Positions 9,222 to 18,377 of a DNA stretch of 64,000 nucleotides are shown one piece after another. Position 1 is the first letter of the stretch; every line of letters begins with the position of its first letter. Made by a program: the position numbers and the translations under genes. Under the pieces are notes generated by a model. It worked only from the letters and a program-made list of their open reading frames with translations, was not told where the DNA came from and searched no databases. Source of the stretch: a virus; the IMG/VR virus record IMGVR_UViG_3300009081_000001, positions 23,060 to 87,059 of that record; one strand, given 5' to 3'.

Positions 9222-11035
9222 ATGGATCTGAATGAGTTTGGGGAGCCTATCTACAAGATGGACCGTAAGACGAGAAGGCGGGTTGGGGCATTAAAGAGGA
9301 TACTGGCAGAGAGGGATAGGTGGAGCGTCGGTTGCGAGATGCGCAGGAGCATTATAGAAAGGCAATTTGGACTGTGCCCGCGTTTTGGCAAGGAGCATGA
9401 TATTGCAGTACTGCGTTCTAGGATCCCCGCTGATGTGTTGGAGCGGGAAGGATTGCTTTAGGGGAGAATGACAAGATGGAGTTCAATCTGTTCGGCTACA
9501 AGGTGACGGTTGTAAGGTTAGACAAGAGCAAGCCGGTGAATTGGAGCGAGGACAAGCTACGTAGTCTGGCTCACAAGATTGATTCGCGGATTGGCCGACC
9601 CTCTAGAATGATGCGCGTCAAGATACTGCGCACGTATATGCCAACCAAGGCAGAGCCGGGGAGCGATGAGTCTATTGCCAATCTCAGGGAGGCGATGGCT
9701 CTCTGTGAGCGAATGTGGCTTGACGGGGGCTATGGTGACGTGGCCTAGCCATTTCCGACGGAAATAGAAAGGGATGACAAGATGGATAAGAAGCAGTTAG
9801 AGAGCCTGGGATGGAAGTTGCGGAGCACGAAGTCTGTGCGTCTGACGGATAGCAAGTTGGAGATTCGGACGCTCGATGGGAGTACTATCACGATTGAGGC
9901 TGTTCACAACTACGTTCAGGAGTACACCGCCCTGGAGATTGAGGTTGTGGACGACGATAGTGACGAGTGGGTAGAACTCGACTAAGAGGGGGAGGGTGAC
10001 AAGATGCGTAGACTGGCTTATAGGGTTGTACTGAATATGGAGTGGTTCTTTCGCCATCAGTGGATAGAGACTAATATGGATCCTCACTACCGCTATTCTG
10101 AGCGAGAGAGGGTGCTGTGGTCTATCTACACCTTTTGGAAACGTGCCCGCATTCGACTGGGGTAGCGGCATTTCCGACGGAAATACACTTTAAGGGAGAG
10201 ATGAGATGGATGAGCTTGCAATGAGTCTGCATTTCAGTACTCACTACAATGGGCTGCAGGCCCTCGATAGGATCAATGAGCAGCGGCTTATGTGGCTGGT
10301 TGCCGATGAGCTGGATATGGACTGCAACCGCTACTATGATGGTGGGTGCATGGACTGTCGGAACTATCACAAGTGCAGGGCTGCGTATCTGCACATGATT
10401 TCCGACGGAAATACAGAAGGGGAGGACCAACATGGACAGTGATACAATCTTGAACCGTGCTGAGGATGCTATTGCCCGTATGTTGAGGGCAGAGCGACGG
10501 GGGGAGCGGCTGGAGGGACTGCTGCGCAAACTAGTAGAAGATGAGCGCAATTTTACCACTGGCTATTGGGTTGCCGTGGATTGCTCGTTGACTTACTGCA
10601 ACTTCTGCCATCAGAGCCACGCTGACAGATATGCAATCGAGCACACGGCTGACTGCCCGGTGCTACTGGCGCGGGCTGCTATTTCCGACGGAAATGAGGA
10701 CGGCCATGCTGTGTCCTAACTGTGGTAAGCCTATCCGGTTGACGTATCGAGCATTGGGGATCATAAGGCATATCTGCCACCGTTGTGGGTGGCGAGAAGG
10801 TTGCTAAGAGGAGGATAGCAGAATGGATAAGATGCGGTGTGAGGGTTGGAGACGCAAGGGTGGCGCTTTTTCATTCGGGCCTGTGAAGTGGTCACAATGC
10901 GAGAATGACGCTATCGTTGTACTCAAGGTCAAACAGGATGACAAAGTAGCCGACTTCCCGGCCTGTATCGAGTGCTGGAATGAGGCGAACGAACGCGGTA
11001 TCAGGGTTCTGGAAGCAAAGCCAATCGTGGAATAG
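9222..11035 (+). other. Cluster of short hypothetical early genes (9222-9461, 9476-9748, 9782-9985, 10206-10442, 10432-10719, 10823-11035)
   Basis: Co-oriented short ORFs each with a GGAGG/GGGAG-type RBS. Confidence 0.65.
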
Positions 11036-11108
11036 CAACGTTGGCTGAAACTGTTGCGGAATAGCCACGTCCCTGTGGTATAATAGGCTCGAAAGGAGAG
11101 AGCGAACG

Positions 11109-11954
11109 ATGGGAAGGGAAATCAAGCGTGTTCCACTGGACTTTGATTGGCCGCTCAACAAGGTGTGGCAGGGTTATCTCAATCCGTTCGCCAAGGCGCG
11201 GCACGAGTGTCTAGAGTGTGATGGCACCGGCTACAACCCCGAGACGAAACAGATTGCCGATGACTGGTACGATCACGATGGGTTTGGCAATCGCTGGATG
11301 TACGTCTATGGTACAGCACCGGATGGCACTCCAGCAAAGCGCCCACCCTGGAAGATCGTCGGTGATTGTCACCGATGGGACAATAAGCTAGAGGCGGGCG
11401 AGGTCGAGGCCCTGATGGAGCATGGCCGCCTGTCCGATCTGACTTATCCCCTGTGGTATCGCAAAGATGGTGATCAGTGGCTCGTGCTGGATGAGCGTGA
11501 TCGTGATAAGGGTTGGGTGCCATGTGATCCGCCTACCATGCCTACTCCTGAACAGGTGAACTACTGGAGCCAACATTCGTTTGGTCACGATGCAATCAAC
11601 CGCTGGATTTGCATCGAGGCCAGGGCCACGCGCCTGGGTGTGTGGGGCCAGTGTGAGGTTTGTGATGGAACCGGGGAGCATTGGTCTTCACCCGAAGCCA
11701 AGGAGCAGTATGATACCTGGGAGAAGATCGAGCCGCCTGCAGGTGAGGGTTGGCAAGTGTGGGAGACAGTTAGCGAGGGTTCCCCTGTTTCACCCGTTTT
11801 TGATTCACCAGATGCCCTGATTGCTCATTTGGTGACTGACGGCTATAGCCTGGAAGCAGCGTCAAACTTTGTCAACAGCAGCGGTTGGGCACCAAGCATG
11901 ATGGCCGTCGATGGTGTGATGTACTCTGACATAGAGGCTTGTGGTATCGACTAG
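11109..11954 (+). CDS. Phage protein with DnaJ-like CxxCxGxG zinc motifs
   Basis: CLECDGTG and CEVCDGTG; C-terminal GWQVWETVSEGSPVSPVF. Confidence 0.65.
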   Translation: MGREIKRVPLDFDWPLNKVWQGYLNPFAKARHECLECDGTGYNPETKQIADDWYDHDGFGNRWMYVYGTAPDGTPAKRPPWKIVGDCHRWDNKLEAGEVEALMEHGRLSDLTYPLWYRKDGDQWLVLDERDRDKGWVPCDPPTMPTPEQVNYWSQHSFGHDAINRWICIEARATRLGVWGQCEVCDGTGEHWSSPEAKEQYDTWEKIEPPAGEGWQVWETVSEGSPVSPVFDSPDALIAHLVTDGYSLEAASNFVNSSGWAPSMMAVDGVMYSDIEACGID

Positions 11955-11977
11955 CATCCATTTCCGTCGGAAACGTA

Positions 11978-12011
11978 GAGCCCCGGTGAATAGCCGGGGC
12001 TCTTTCTATTT
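11978..12011 (+). terminator. Rho-independent terminator
   Basis: AGAGCCCCGG-TGAATAG-CCGGGGCTCT followed by TTCTATTT. Confidence 0.8.
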
Positions 12012-12029
12012 CCCCCTAAAGGAGAGAGC

Positions 12030-13075
12030 ATGTACTACATTTACAGCAAGGAAGAATCAGAGAGGGAAGGAGAGCCTATGTTTTGGTCTAATCAGTTTGG
12101 CTGGACAACGTTCGAGAGTGCCACCGACTTCAAAGAGGAAGAGGCCAAGCTGTATAGGTTGCCCATCGGTGGTGCGTGGGTATCGTTTCGAGAGGCTATG
12201 TACCTGTTCAAGTAAGAAGGAGTGAAGCCATGAAGACCTGTGACTACTGTATGCTACCCGTTGGCGACGATGGCCTTGAGATTGACGGCCAGGTGTACCA
12301 CCCTCTCTGTCACAAGATGATGGTGGAAGAGGCTTGCTGTTTCTGCATGTACTACGATGAGACAGGCGAGTGTGCGCCCGATTGTACCCTGCAGGCTTAT
12401 GCGGAGAAGTATCTTGAAGAGGAGGCCGAAGATGCCATTGCTGAATGAAACGTATGTGGACCAGGACGGCTACTTTTGCCCTAACTGTGGGGAGGATCCT
12501 GGCCTTGGCTACGATGATCCCATTGAAGAATCAGCAACAGTTGTCACACGGAAAGCTGAGTGTCTTCACTGTGGTGCCTCTTGGGTTGAGGTCTACAATC
12601 TGATGAGCTATGACAGCCTCACGCTGGCCGATGGAACAGAAGTACAAACCAAGTTCATGGAGGAGGAAAGCAATGACTAACTTTCGTGAGATTGATGGAC
12701 TGGATTGCCCTTACTGTGGCGCTGATCTGATGAACCTGGCTGATGACCTGATTGGAGAGGAATCGGGTGACTGCTCTAGCCGGGAGGAATGCCCTGGCTG
12801 TGGGGTACAGGTTGATATTGACGTGGAAGTAATCTACAAGATCAAAGTCTCTGTAGAGATAAAGGAGGAAGACTATGGATCCTAAGTTTATCCTTATCAA
12901 GCTGCCTACCAACATGAGTAGGGCAGAGCTGGAAGAGGAAGTGGCCCGGTTCATGGGCCACTTTTACTTTCCCGATGCGGAACAGCCCCTTGTGCTCACC
13001 GACGAGCATTTCATTGAGGTATGGCACATGGATAGCATGTTTGGTCCCGGTGCCCATCCCCTGGTGAGCGCGTAG
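12030..13075 (+). other. Five short hypothetical genes, several with zinc-ribbon CxxC motifs
   Basis: ORFs 12030-12215, ~12230-12448, ~12432-12680, ~12673-12885, 12875-13075 with overlapping stop/start. Confidence 0.6.
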
Positions 13076-13095
13076 TATTTCCGTCGGAAATGCGT

Positions 13096-13319
13096 GAGGG
13101 CCGGGACTCCTGGCAAATCCCGGCCCTCTAGAGAAAGGAGGATGGACACCTAGAGTATATCACTCCACCGTTCAGAAGTCAAGTACACGGTTCATATAAA
13201 TGGAAAGGGCCGGTATCACTTCCCTCGCAAGAATAAGAAGCACCGGCCCTCTCCTATTCAGTTGTAGAACATACGCTCACCAGTGCTGCTAGTATAGCAG
13301 ACTACAATTCAGAAGTCAA
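13096..13319 (-). promoter_or_regulatory. Two tandem leftward promoters each followed by a GGGCCGG/CCGGCCC hairpin (candidate small RNAs)
   Basis: TTGACT-17-TATACT at 13154-13182 and 13291-13319; hairpins ~13096-13128 and ~13206-13250. Confidence 0.55.
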
Positions 13320-13329
13320 GGAGAGAGAT

Positions 13330-13689
13330 ATGAACTATCAGAAAACAACCATCGTTGGCAACCTGGGTGCAAAGCCCGAGCTGCGCTACACGACAGAGGG
13401 TAAACCCGTCTGCAAGTTCTCCGTTGCCGTCAACCAGAAGTCCGGCGAGCAGAAGTTTACCACTTGGTATAAGGTGGTGACGTGGAACGGCTTGGCCGAA
13501 GACTGTGCCAAGTACCTTGAGAAAGGCCAGAACGTCCTTGTCGAAGGCCGCGTACAGGTTGAAGTATGGGCAGATAAGGTGTCCCAAGAGCCAAGGGGGA
13601 GCCTGGTTCTTACGAGCAACAATGTCGAGTTTGGTGAGAAGTCGAAGGGTGGTGTGGCAGGAACAGAGCCAGAAGAGATGCCTTTCTAG
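13330..13689 (+). CDS. ssb: Single-stranded DNA-binding protein
   Basis: IVGNLGAKPELRYT, FSVAVN, TTWYKVVTW, YLEKGQNVLVEGR, acidic tail ending EEMPF. Confidence 0.95.
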   Translation: MNYQKTTIVGNLGAKPELRYTTEGKPVCKFSVAVNQKSGEQKFTTWYKVVTWNGLAEDCAKYLEKGQNVLVEGRVQVEVWADKVSQEPRGSLVLTSNNVEFGEKSKGGVAGTEPEEMPF

Positions 13690-13919
13690 TGGTCGATGGG
13701 AACCGGGATGGGAACAGCCAACACCTGTTTGATCTCATCTACCAGGGTGGGATCAGAGACAAACAGCGGGCTCTTTCCATCCCAAGCCATCAGCCCCGCA
13801 AAGCACCGTTGCAGCAGAGAAAGGGGGTCTGTCCGTCGATGCTGCAACATATCCAGAATGTAACGTGCTGTGCGGGGGCTATCGCACAATGCCGACAATG
13901 CGATAATACAGTCTTCCAT
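13686..13919 (-). CDS. Hypothetical protein
   Basis: ATG with GGAG RBS behind a TTGCAT-17-TATAAT promoter (13950-13978, minus). Confidence 0.5.
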   Translation of the reverse strand: MEDCIIALSALCDSPRTARYILDMLQHRRTDPLSLLQRCFAGLMAWDGKSPLFVSDPTLVDEIKQVLAVPIPVPIDH

Positions 13920-13994
13920 GCAATCTCCACTACGAGTAAGATGGATGACATTATACCACACAACCTTATGACATGCAAGTCAGAACAAATGTGC

Positions 13995-14387
13995 CTACGC
14001 CTCAATCTCCTCTTCAACCGTGATCTCGCTCACGAACGCGGTAAGGGAGCGGATAGCCATAAGGTACTGCTTGCGAGCAGCCGGTGTCATCTTCGCTAGT
14101 ATCCGTTCTGCCTCATTCAGCGTGGCAATAGTGGCGGGGTCTGCGTTTCTCACATCAACGTGGGGAGGCAGCAGACCGGCCAACTGGTAGACGTAGAAGA
14201 CAGAGACTTCAAAGAAGTCGGCTATCCTCTGTAACGTCTCATGCTGCGGAACGTGGCCCTTGGTCATAATGTATGACACATTGGCCTTGGGTATGTTAGC
14301 CTCTTTGCTGAACTCTGCTTGGGACATTTCGCGGCGGTCCAACTGCTGCGAAATCCACTCTGACAGTGGTGTGCTGTACGTCGCCAT
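13995..14387 (-). CDS. XRE-family HTH repressor (CI-like)
   Basis: MSQAEFSKEANIPKANVSYIM...PQHETLQRIADFFEVS...LAG; transcribed divergently from the early operon. Confidence 0.85.
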   Translation of the reverse strand: MATYSTPLSEWISQQLDRREMSQAEFSKEANIPKANVSYIMTKGHVPQHETLQRIADFFEVSVFYVYQLAGLLPPHVDVRNADPATIATLNEAERILAKMTPAARKQYLMAIRSLTAFVSEITVEEEIEA

Positions 14388-14419
14388 TCTCTCTTTCCCC
14401 CGGTCATTCGATTGCTCAC

Positions 14420-14527
14420 AGTATATCACGTCAGTGTACAAATGTCAAGAAACTGGGTATTGACATCTGAACGATTGTATGGTAAACTAGCGTTCAGTGG
14501 TCTGAACGCGGAAAGGTGGTTCAGAAC
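14420..14527. promoter_or_regulatory. Back-to-back divergent promoters (genetic switch)
   Basis: Minus TTGACA-17-TATACT 14420-14448; plus TTGACA-17-TAAACT 14460-14488; four TCTGAAC/GTTCAG elements between 14466 and 14527. Confidence 0.8.
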
Positions 14528-14528
14528 C

Positions 14529-14669
14529 ATGAGTAAGAGACTCTATGCTGATGTGGATGAGGCCCTACACAGGGCGGTGAAGTCCAAGGCTGCAAGTGAG
14601 GGCAAGACAATCTCCGAAGTGGTGGAACAGAAGATGCGTGAGTATCTACAAGAGAAGAAGGAGAGCTAG
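14529..14669 (+). CDS. Ribbon-helix-helix DNA-binding protein (ParG/CopG-like) in the Cro position
   Basis: MSKRLYADVDEALHRAVKSKAASEGKTISEVVEQKMREYL, typical RHH pattern. Confidence 0.75.
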   Translation: MSKRLYADVDEALHRAVKSKAASEGKTISEVVEQKMREYLQEKKES

Positions 14670-14670
14670 G

Positions 14671-15003
14671 ATGAAGACTCACAAGACAAACCCGCGTCTA
14701 GAGATTTGGTCAAAGGGAGGTTGGTTCAGCACCGTAGACAGGCAAATGGAGCAGGCCATGCTCGACCTGAAAGAGCTAGAACGGCACCTAAACGAACATG
14801 CAATGCTCGTAGGTTTCGAGTCACAGGTGCAGTGCGACTATGAGTACGAGTGTGAGATTTGTGGCTACACACATACTGAGAGGGAGCGCATTCGCAAGTG
14901 TGCCTGCGGTGCCGATGTTTGCAACAACTGCGGGTATCTCTCCGAGGATGATACCCAGTGGCTTTGCGAGAAGTGCTTTAAGGCTCAGTACAAGGAGGAC
15001 TAA
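14671..15003 (+). CDS. Cys-rich zinc-finger hypothetical protein
   Basis: Multiple CxxC motifs. Confidence 0.6.
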   Translation: MKTHKTNPRLEIWSKGGWFSTVDRQMEQAMLDLKELERHLNEHAMLVGFESQVQCDYEYECEICGYTHTERERIRKCACGADVCNNCGYLSEDDTQWLCEKCFKAQYKED

Positions 15004-15005
15004 GC

Positions 15006-16646
15006 ATGGACAAGGCAACACTGTACGCCCTGGATAACAACTGGACCATCGATATGCTGAACGCCATGAACGGCGACCTGTTTGCCAGCCTGGGTATCAA
15101 CCCCTGGTATCCAGAAGACTGGGCAGAGAACCCGGTCAACCATATCCTCAAGAATGACAACCTTTGGGAGCGCCTGTCTAGTATGGAGGGTGTGTCTGGT
15201 GTGTCCCTGGTTCGTGCCCAAGTCATCTGCCAGCAGCTTATGTGGAACTTTGGGCGGTTCGGTAAGGGACCAGAAGGGGATGGACTGCCCAAGACGCTGC
15301 GCAAGCTGTGGTATGCGGGGCACAAGGAAGCCCTGCAGTACATTAGCAAGCTGCTTGACGTGTGGCGGAACAAAGAGAGCGGGCAGATGAATGACGTGAG
15401 TGCCAATGCCTGCATGTCCACCGTCTACGGTGAGTTTGTGGATACCCGCCTTGTCACCTACCTGGATATGTTCGTCAAGGATGGGAGCCGCCAGTTTGAA
15501 GTGTTCTCCGTCTACAACCGCTTGCCCAACCCTCTCTCTAATATCGTCTTCTGCATCGAGAAGGATGCGGCCTATGAGGACTGCGTGAGGATTGCCAAGG
15601 CGTTAGGGGCAGCTTGTGCCCTCTCCGGTGGTGGTAAGATGGGCAAGGCTGGCACCGAGAACATGGTACGCCAAGCCCTATCCAGTTGGTACAAGACCGA
15701 GACGCCCGGTGATCTGGTTACGGAAGAGAATCCCTGCTATGTCCTGGTGATCAGCGATTGGGACTATGATGGGGAGAGCGTTATTGCCCCTACCTTTGTC
15801 GAGCAGATGCGCCGGTACATTCCCGACGACAAGATGAACTGGTGCCGCGTCGGTATCAAGCCTGAACAGGTAGAAAGACTAGGCCACGACCTGTTGAGCA
15901 AGGCATATCAGGTGAAGTACCACGTCAACAGCGCCTATACCCGGTGGTGCCAGGCCAACGCCATCTTTGACATCAGCGGCGAGGCATACCAGGGAGAAGA
16001 GGAGTTTGACCGGGTTGTGGACCAGGCCAAGTATCTCTCCCCTACACTGGGCTATGCTCTACGGGACAACGGCCATGTGCTCAAGCACGATACCCTCAAG
16101 ACCATCTTTGAGCTGTGCCCGCCCCTTGGCTATGAGCTGGATGCCCTCAAGCGTGTTGAGTACGCCGAGCTGATTGTTGAGGGCTTGCTGACCATGATTT
16201 CCTGGGATGACCTGATTGATGCCCTCTCTCGCAAGGCATGGAGCAATCCAAGCGAAGTGACCGAGAGCTTGGTTCAGGCCGTGCTTGCAGACAACGAGGA
16301 CTATCAATCCCTGGACCAGCACATTACCGAGCTACGGGCACAGTTTGAGGCGCTGATTGCAGACCTGGAAGGGAAGAAGGGAGACTTTGAGAGCACAGTA
16401 CGCGCCGAGATCGAGCCCCTGGTGAATATCTGGAAGGACGATGAGCGCATTGCAGAGAAGGATCCGGTGCCCTCACAAGACGCTATGGCTGCTCATCTAC
16501 GCCAAGTGAGCGCCTGGGACCACTGGCAACCATTCAATCACTGGGACCGCAACGGTGCCCACGGTGAAGTGGTCGAAGATGAAGAGGAAGAGACGCTAAC
16601 CGACCTGCGAAACCGGCCTCTCTACTTTGACCGGGTGACGTTCTAG
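15006..16646 (+). CDS. Topoisomerase VI-A/Spo11-like Toprim domain protein
   Basis: TLRKLWY, FCIEKDA, ISDWDYDG (Toprim DxD), RVGIKPEQV, YELDAL, then coiled coil. Confidence 0.7.
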   Translation: MDKATLYALDNNWTIDMLNAMNGDLFASLGINPWYPEDWAENPVNHILKNDNLWERLSSMEGVSGVSLVRAQVICQQLMWNFGRFGKGPEGDGLPKTLRKLWYAGHKEALQYISKLLDVWRNKESGQMNDVSANACMSTVYGEFVDTRLVTYLDMFVKDGSRQFEVFSVYNRLPNPLSNIVFCIEKDAAYEDCVRIAKALGAACALSGGGKMGKAGTENMVRQALSSWYKTETPGDLVTEENPCYVLVISDWDYDGESVIAPTFVEQMRRYIPDDKMNWCRVGIKPEQVERLGHDLLSKAYQVKYHVNSAYTRWCQANAIFDISGEAYQGEEEFDRVVDQAKYLSPTLGYALRDNGHVLKHDTLKTIFELCPPLGYELDALKRVEYAELIVEGLLTMISWDDLIDALSRKAWSNPSEVTESLVQAVLADNEDYQSLDQHITELRAQFEALIADLEGKKGDFESTVRAEIEPLVNIWKDDERIAEKDPVPSQDAMAAHLRQVSAWDHWQPFNHWDRNGAHGEVVEDEEEETLTDLRNRPLYFDRVTF

Positions 16647-16650
16647 GTAA

Positions 16651-16681
16651 GTGGGGGAGAGTGCCCCTGACTCTCCCCCAC
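16651..16681 (+). terminator. Hairpin / probable terminator
   Basis: GTGGGGGAGAGT...ACTCTCCCCCAC inverted repeat directly after the stop. Confidence 0.6.
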
Positions 16682-17087
16682 ATTTCCGACGGAAATAGGA
16701 GGGAGGGACAGAATGAACCAGATGATTTGGAAATTGCGTGAGATGTTAGTACGGAACACGCAGGAACCCTGGTTGGTGGCAGATACCATGAAGTACATGG
16801 CCGAAGTGAAAGAGGCCAACCTTGACGATCTCGCTTGGCTGCTGGCATCGAATGAGTATGGCTGTCACTACAATGACGTGAAGGGGCTGATTGATCTTCT
16901 TTCCAAGTACTTGAGCAAGAAGGAGGAAGGATAGGATGGACAAAAAAGAAGAACACTTGCACGAATGGGAAACCGTGCCCGGTTGGGGCGTCGTCGTTGG
17001 CGTGAGCAAGTGCAAAACCTGTGGCAAGGTGAGCAGGACCAGCGACTTTCCTACGGTTGAGAAGAAACAGCGCAAGGAGGACTAGCC

Positions 17088-18377
17088 ATGCAGTGGATCT
17101 ACTTTCTTGACCGTGATTGGACGTGGGCCAAGTTTGATGACAAGCCGCCAGAAGAGATCCGCAACACCATGAAGGAGCGTTGGGAAGCACGGTGGGGCCG
17201 TAAGAAGGAAGCATGGTATATCCAGAAAGAAGTCTCCCCCGTAGAGATGACCGAGGTTCTTGGACAGCCGCTTGGCGTGGTTGAGGGCCGTGCCCCTACG
17301 TCTACCTGGAGGTATTGCATGGAGATCGTTCAGCTTGGCTTGCCGATGATCGAGGTTCCCGTTTCAGAGATTGTGCCGCCCGTTGTCACCCCCAAGTCTA
17401 TTTCCGTCGGAAATGGGAATGGACACCTGATTGAGAAGCTGCGCGTCATGGCCGATAGGATGCAGAAGGAGATTGACGACAAGAACCGGCCCATGACACA
17501 GAACCCTACTCCCAAGCGCATGAGGGAGCTTGCCAGTCGTCGCCACGATGGGGCTAACCTTATGAGAGGACAGGCAGCTATGAGGGCTATGGCCGATGCC
17601 CTGGAGATGGGTACTCTGCCTGATATCCTCAAGGACGTGGCAAAGGGCACCAAGGGCAACATTCTCTCCCTGGTGCACACATTGTGGCGGAGTGATGGCT
17701 ACTATGAAGGGGGTGATTCTGGAGAGTACGCTGATACCAGTCCCGAGGGCCAGGCGTTGCAGGCTCTCATCAATGGCACTGGCCCAAGCAAGGAAGCACT
17801 TGAGCTTGAGCGCCTGGAGCAGAAGGCAAAGCTGATGGTAGGGCAGGTGCCGGGATTCTACCCTACACCGAGGGCCATTGTAGAACGACTGATTGAATCC
17901 GCCTACCTCTATCCTGATGGACTGACCGTTATCGAGCCCTCTGCAGGCAGTGGTGCTATTGCTGACGTGATCCGTGAGTTGCATCCTGGGTGCAAGCTGG
18001 ACGTGTGCGAGTGGAACTCTACGCTATGCAATCTCTTGGAGAAGAAAGGCCATAGTGTTGTAGGGCAGGATTGTATGGTGCTTGATGGGGTGTGGGACCG
18101 GGTTTTGATGAATCCCCCGTTTGAGAATAAGCAGGATCTCAAACACGTCAAACGCCTCTATGAGAACAATCTTGTACAAGGTGGTGCGTTGGTATCGGTG
18201 ATGGCTTATAGTGGGCATGATGACATTGCGGAGTGCTTTGAGTGGATGGAGAAGCGGTTCAGCGGTTGGCTGGATGACAAGGACTGGGATGCCCTACTGT
18301 TTCCCCGCGATGCCTTTAAGGAAAGCGGGACTGGTGTTGCTACCTGTGGCCTGATTCTACGCAAGAGGGAGGAATGA
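17088..18377 (+). CDS. SAM-dependent amino-(N6A/N4C) DNA methyltransferase with N-terminal extension
   Basis: FYPTP, EPSAGSG (motif I), MNPPF (motif IV), FKESGTGV. Confidence 0.85.
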   Translation: MQWIYFLDRDWTWAKFDDKPPEEIRNTMKERWEARWGRKKEAWYIQKEVSPVEMTEVLGQPLGVVEGRAPTSTWRYCMEIVQLGLPMIEVPVSEIVPPVVTPKSISVGNGNGHLIEKLRVMADRMQKEIDDKNRPMTQNPTPKRMRELASRRHDGANLMRGQAAMRAMADALEMGTLPDILKDVAKGTKGNILSLVHTLWRSDGYYEGGDSGEYADTSPEGQALQALINGTGPSKEALELERLEQKAKLMVGQVPGFYPTPRAIVERLIESAYLYPDGLTVIEPSAGSGAIADVIRELHPGCKLDVCEWNSTLCNLLEKKGHSVVGQDCMVLDGVWDRVLMNPPFENKQDLKHVKRLYENNLVQGGALVSVMAYSGHDDIAECFEWMEKRFSGWLDDKDWDALLFPRDAFKESGTGVATCGLILRKREE

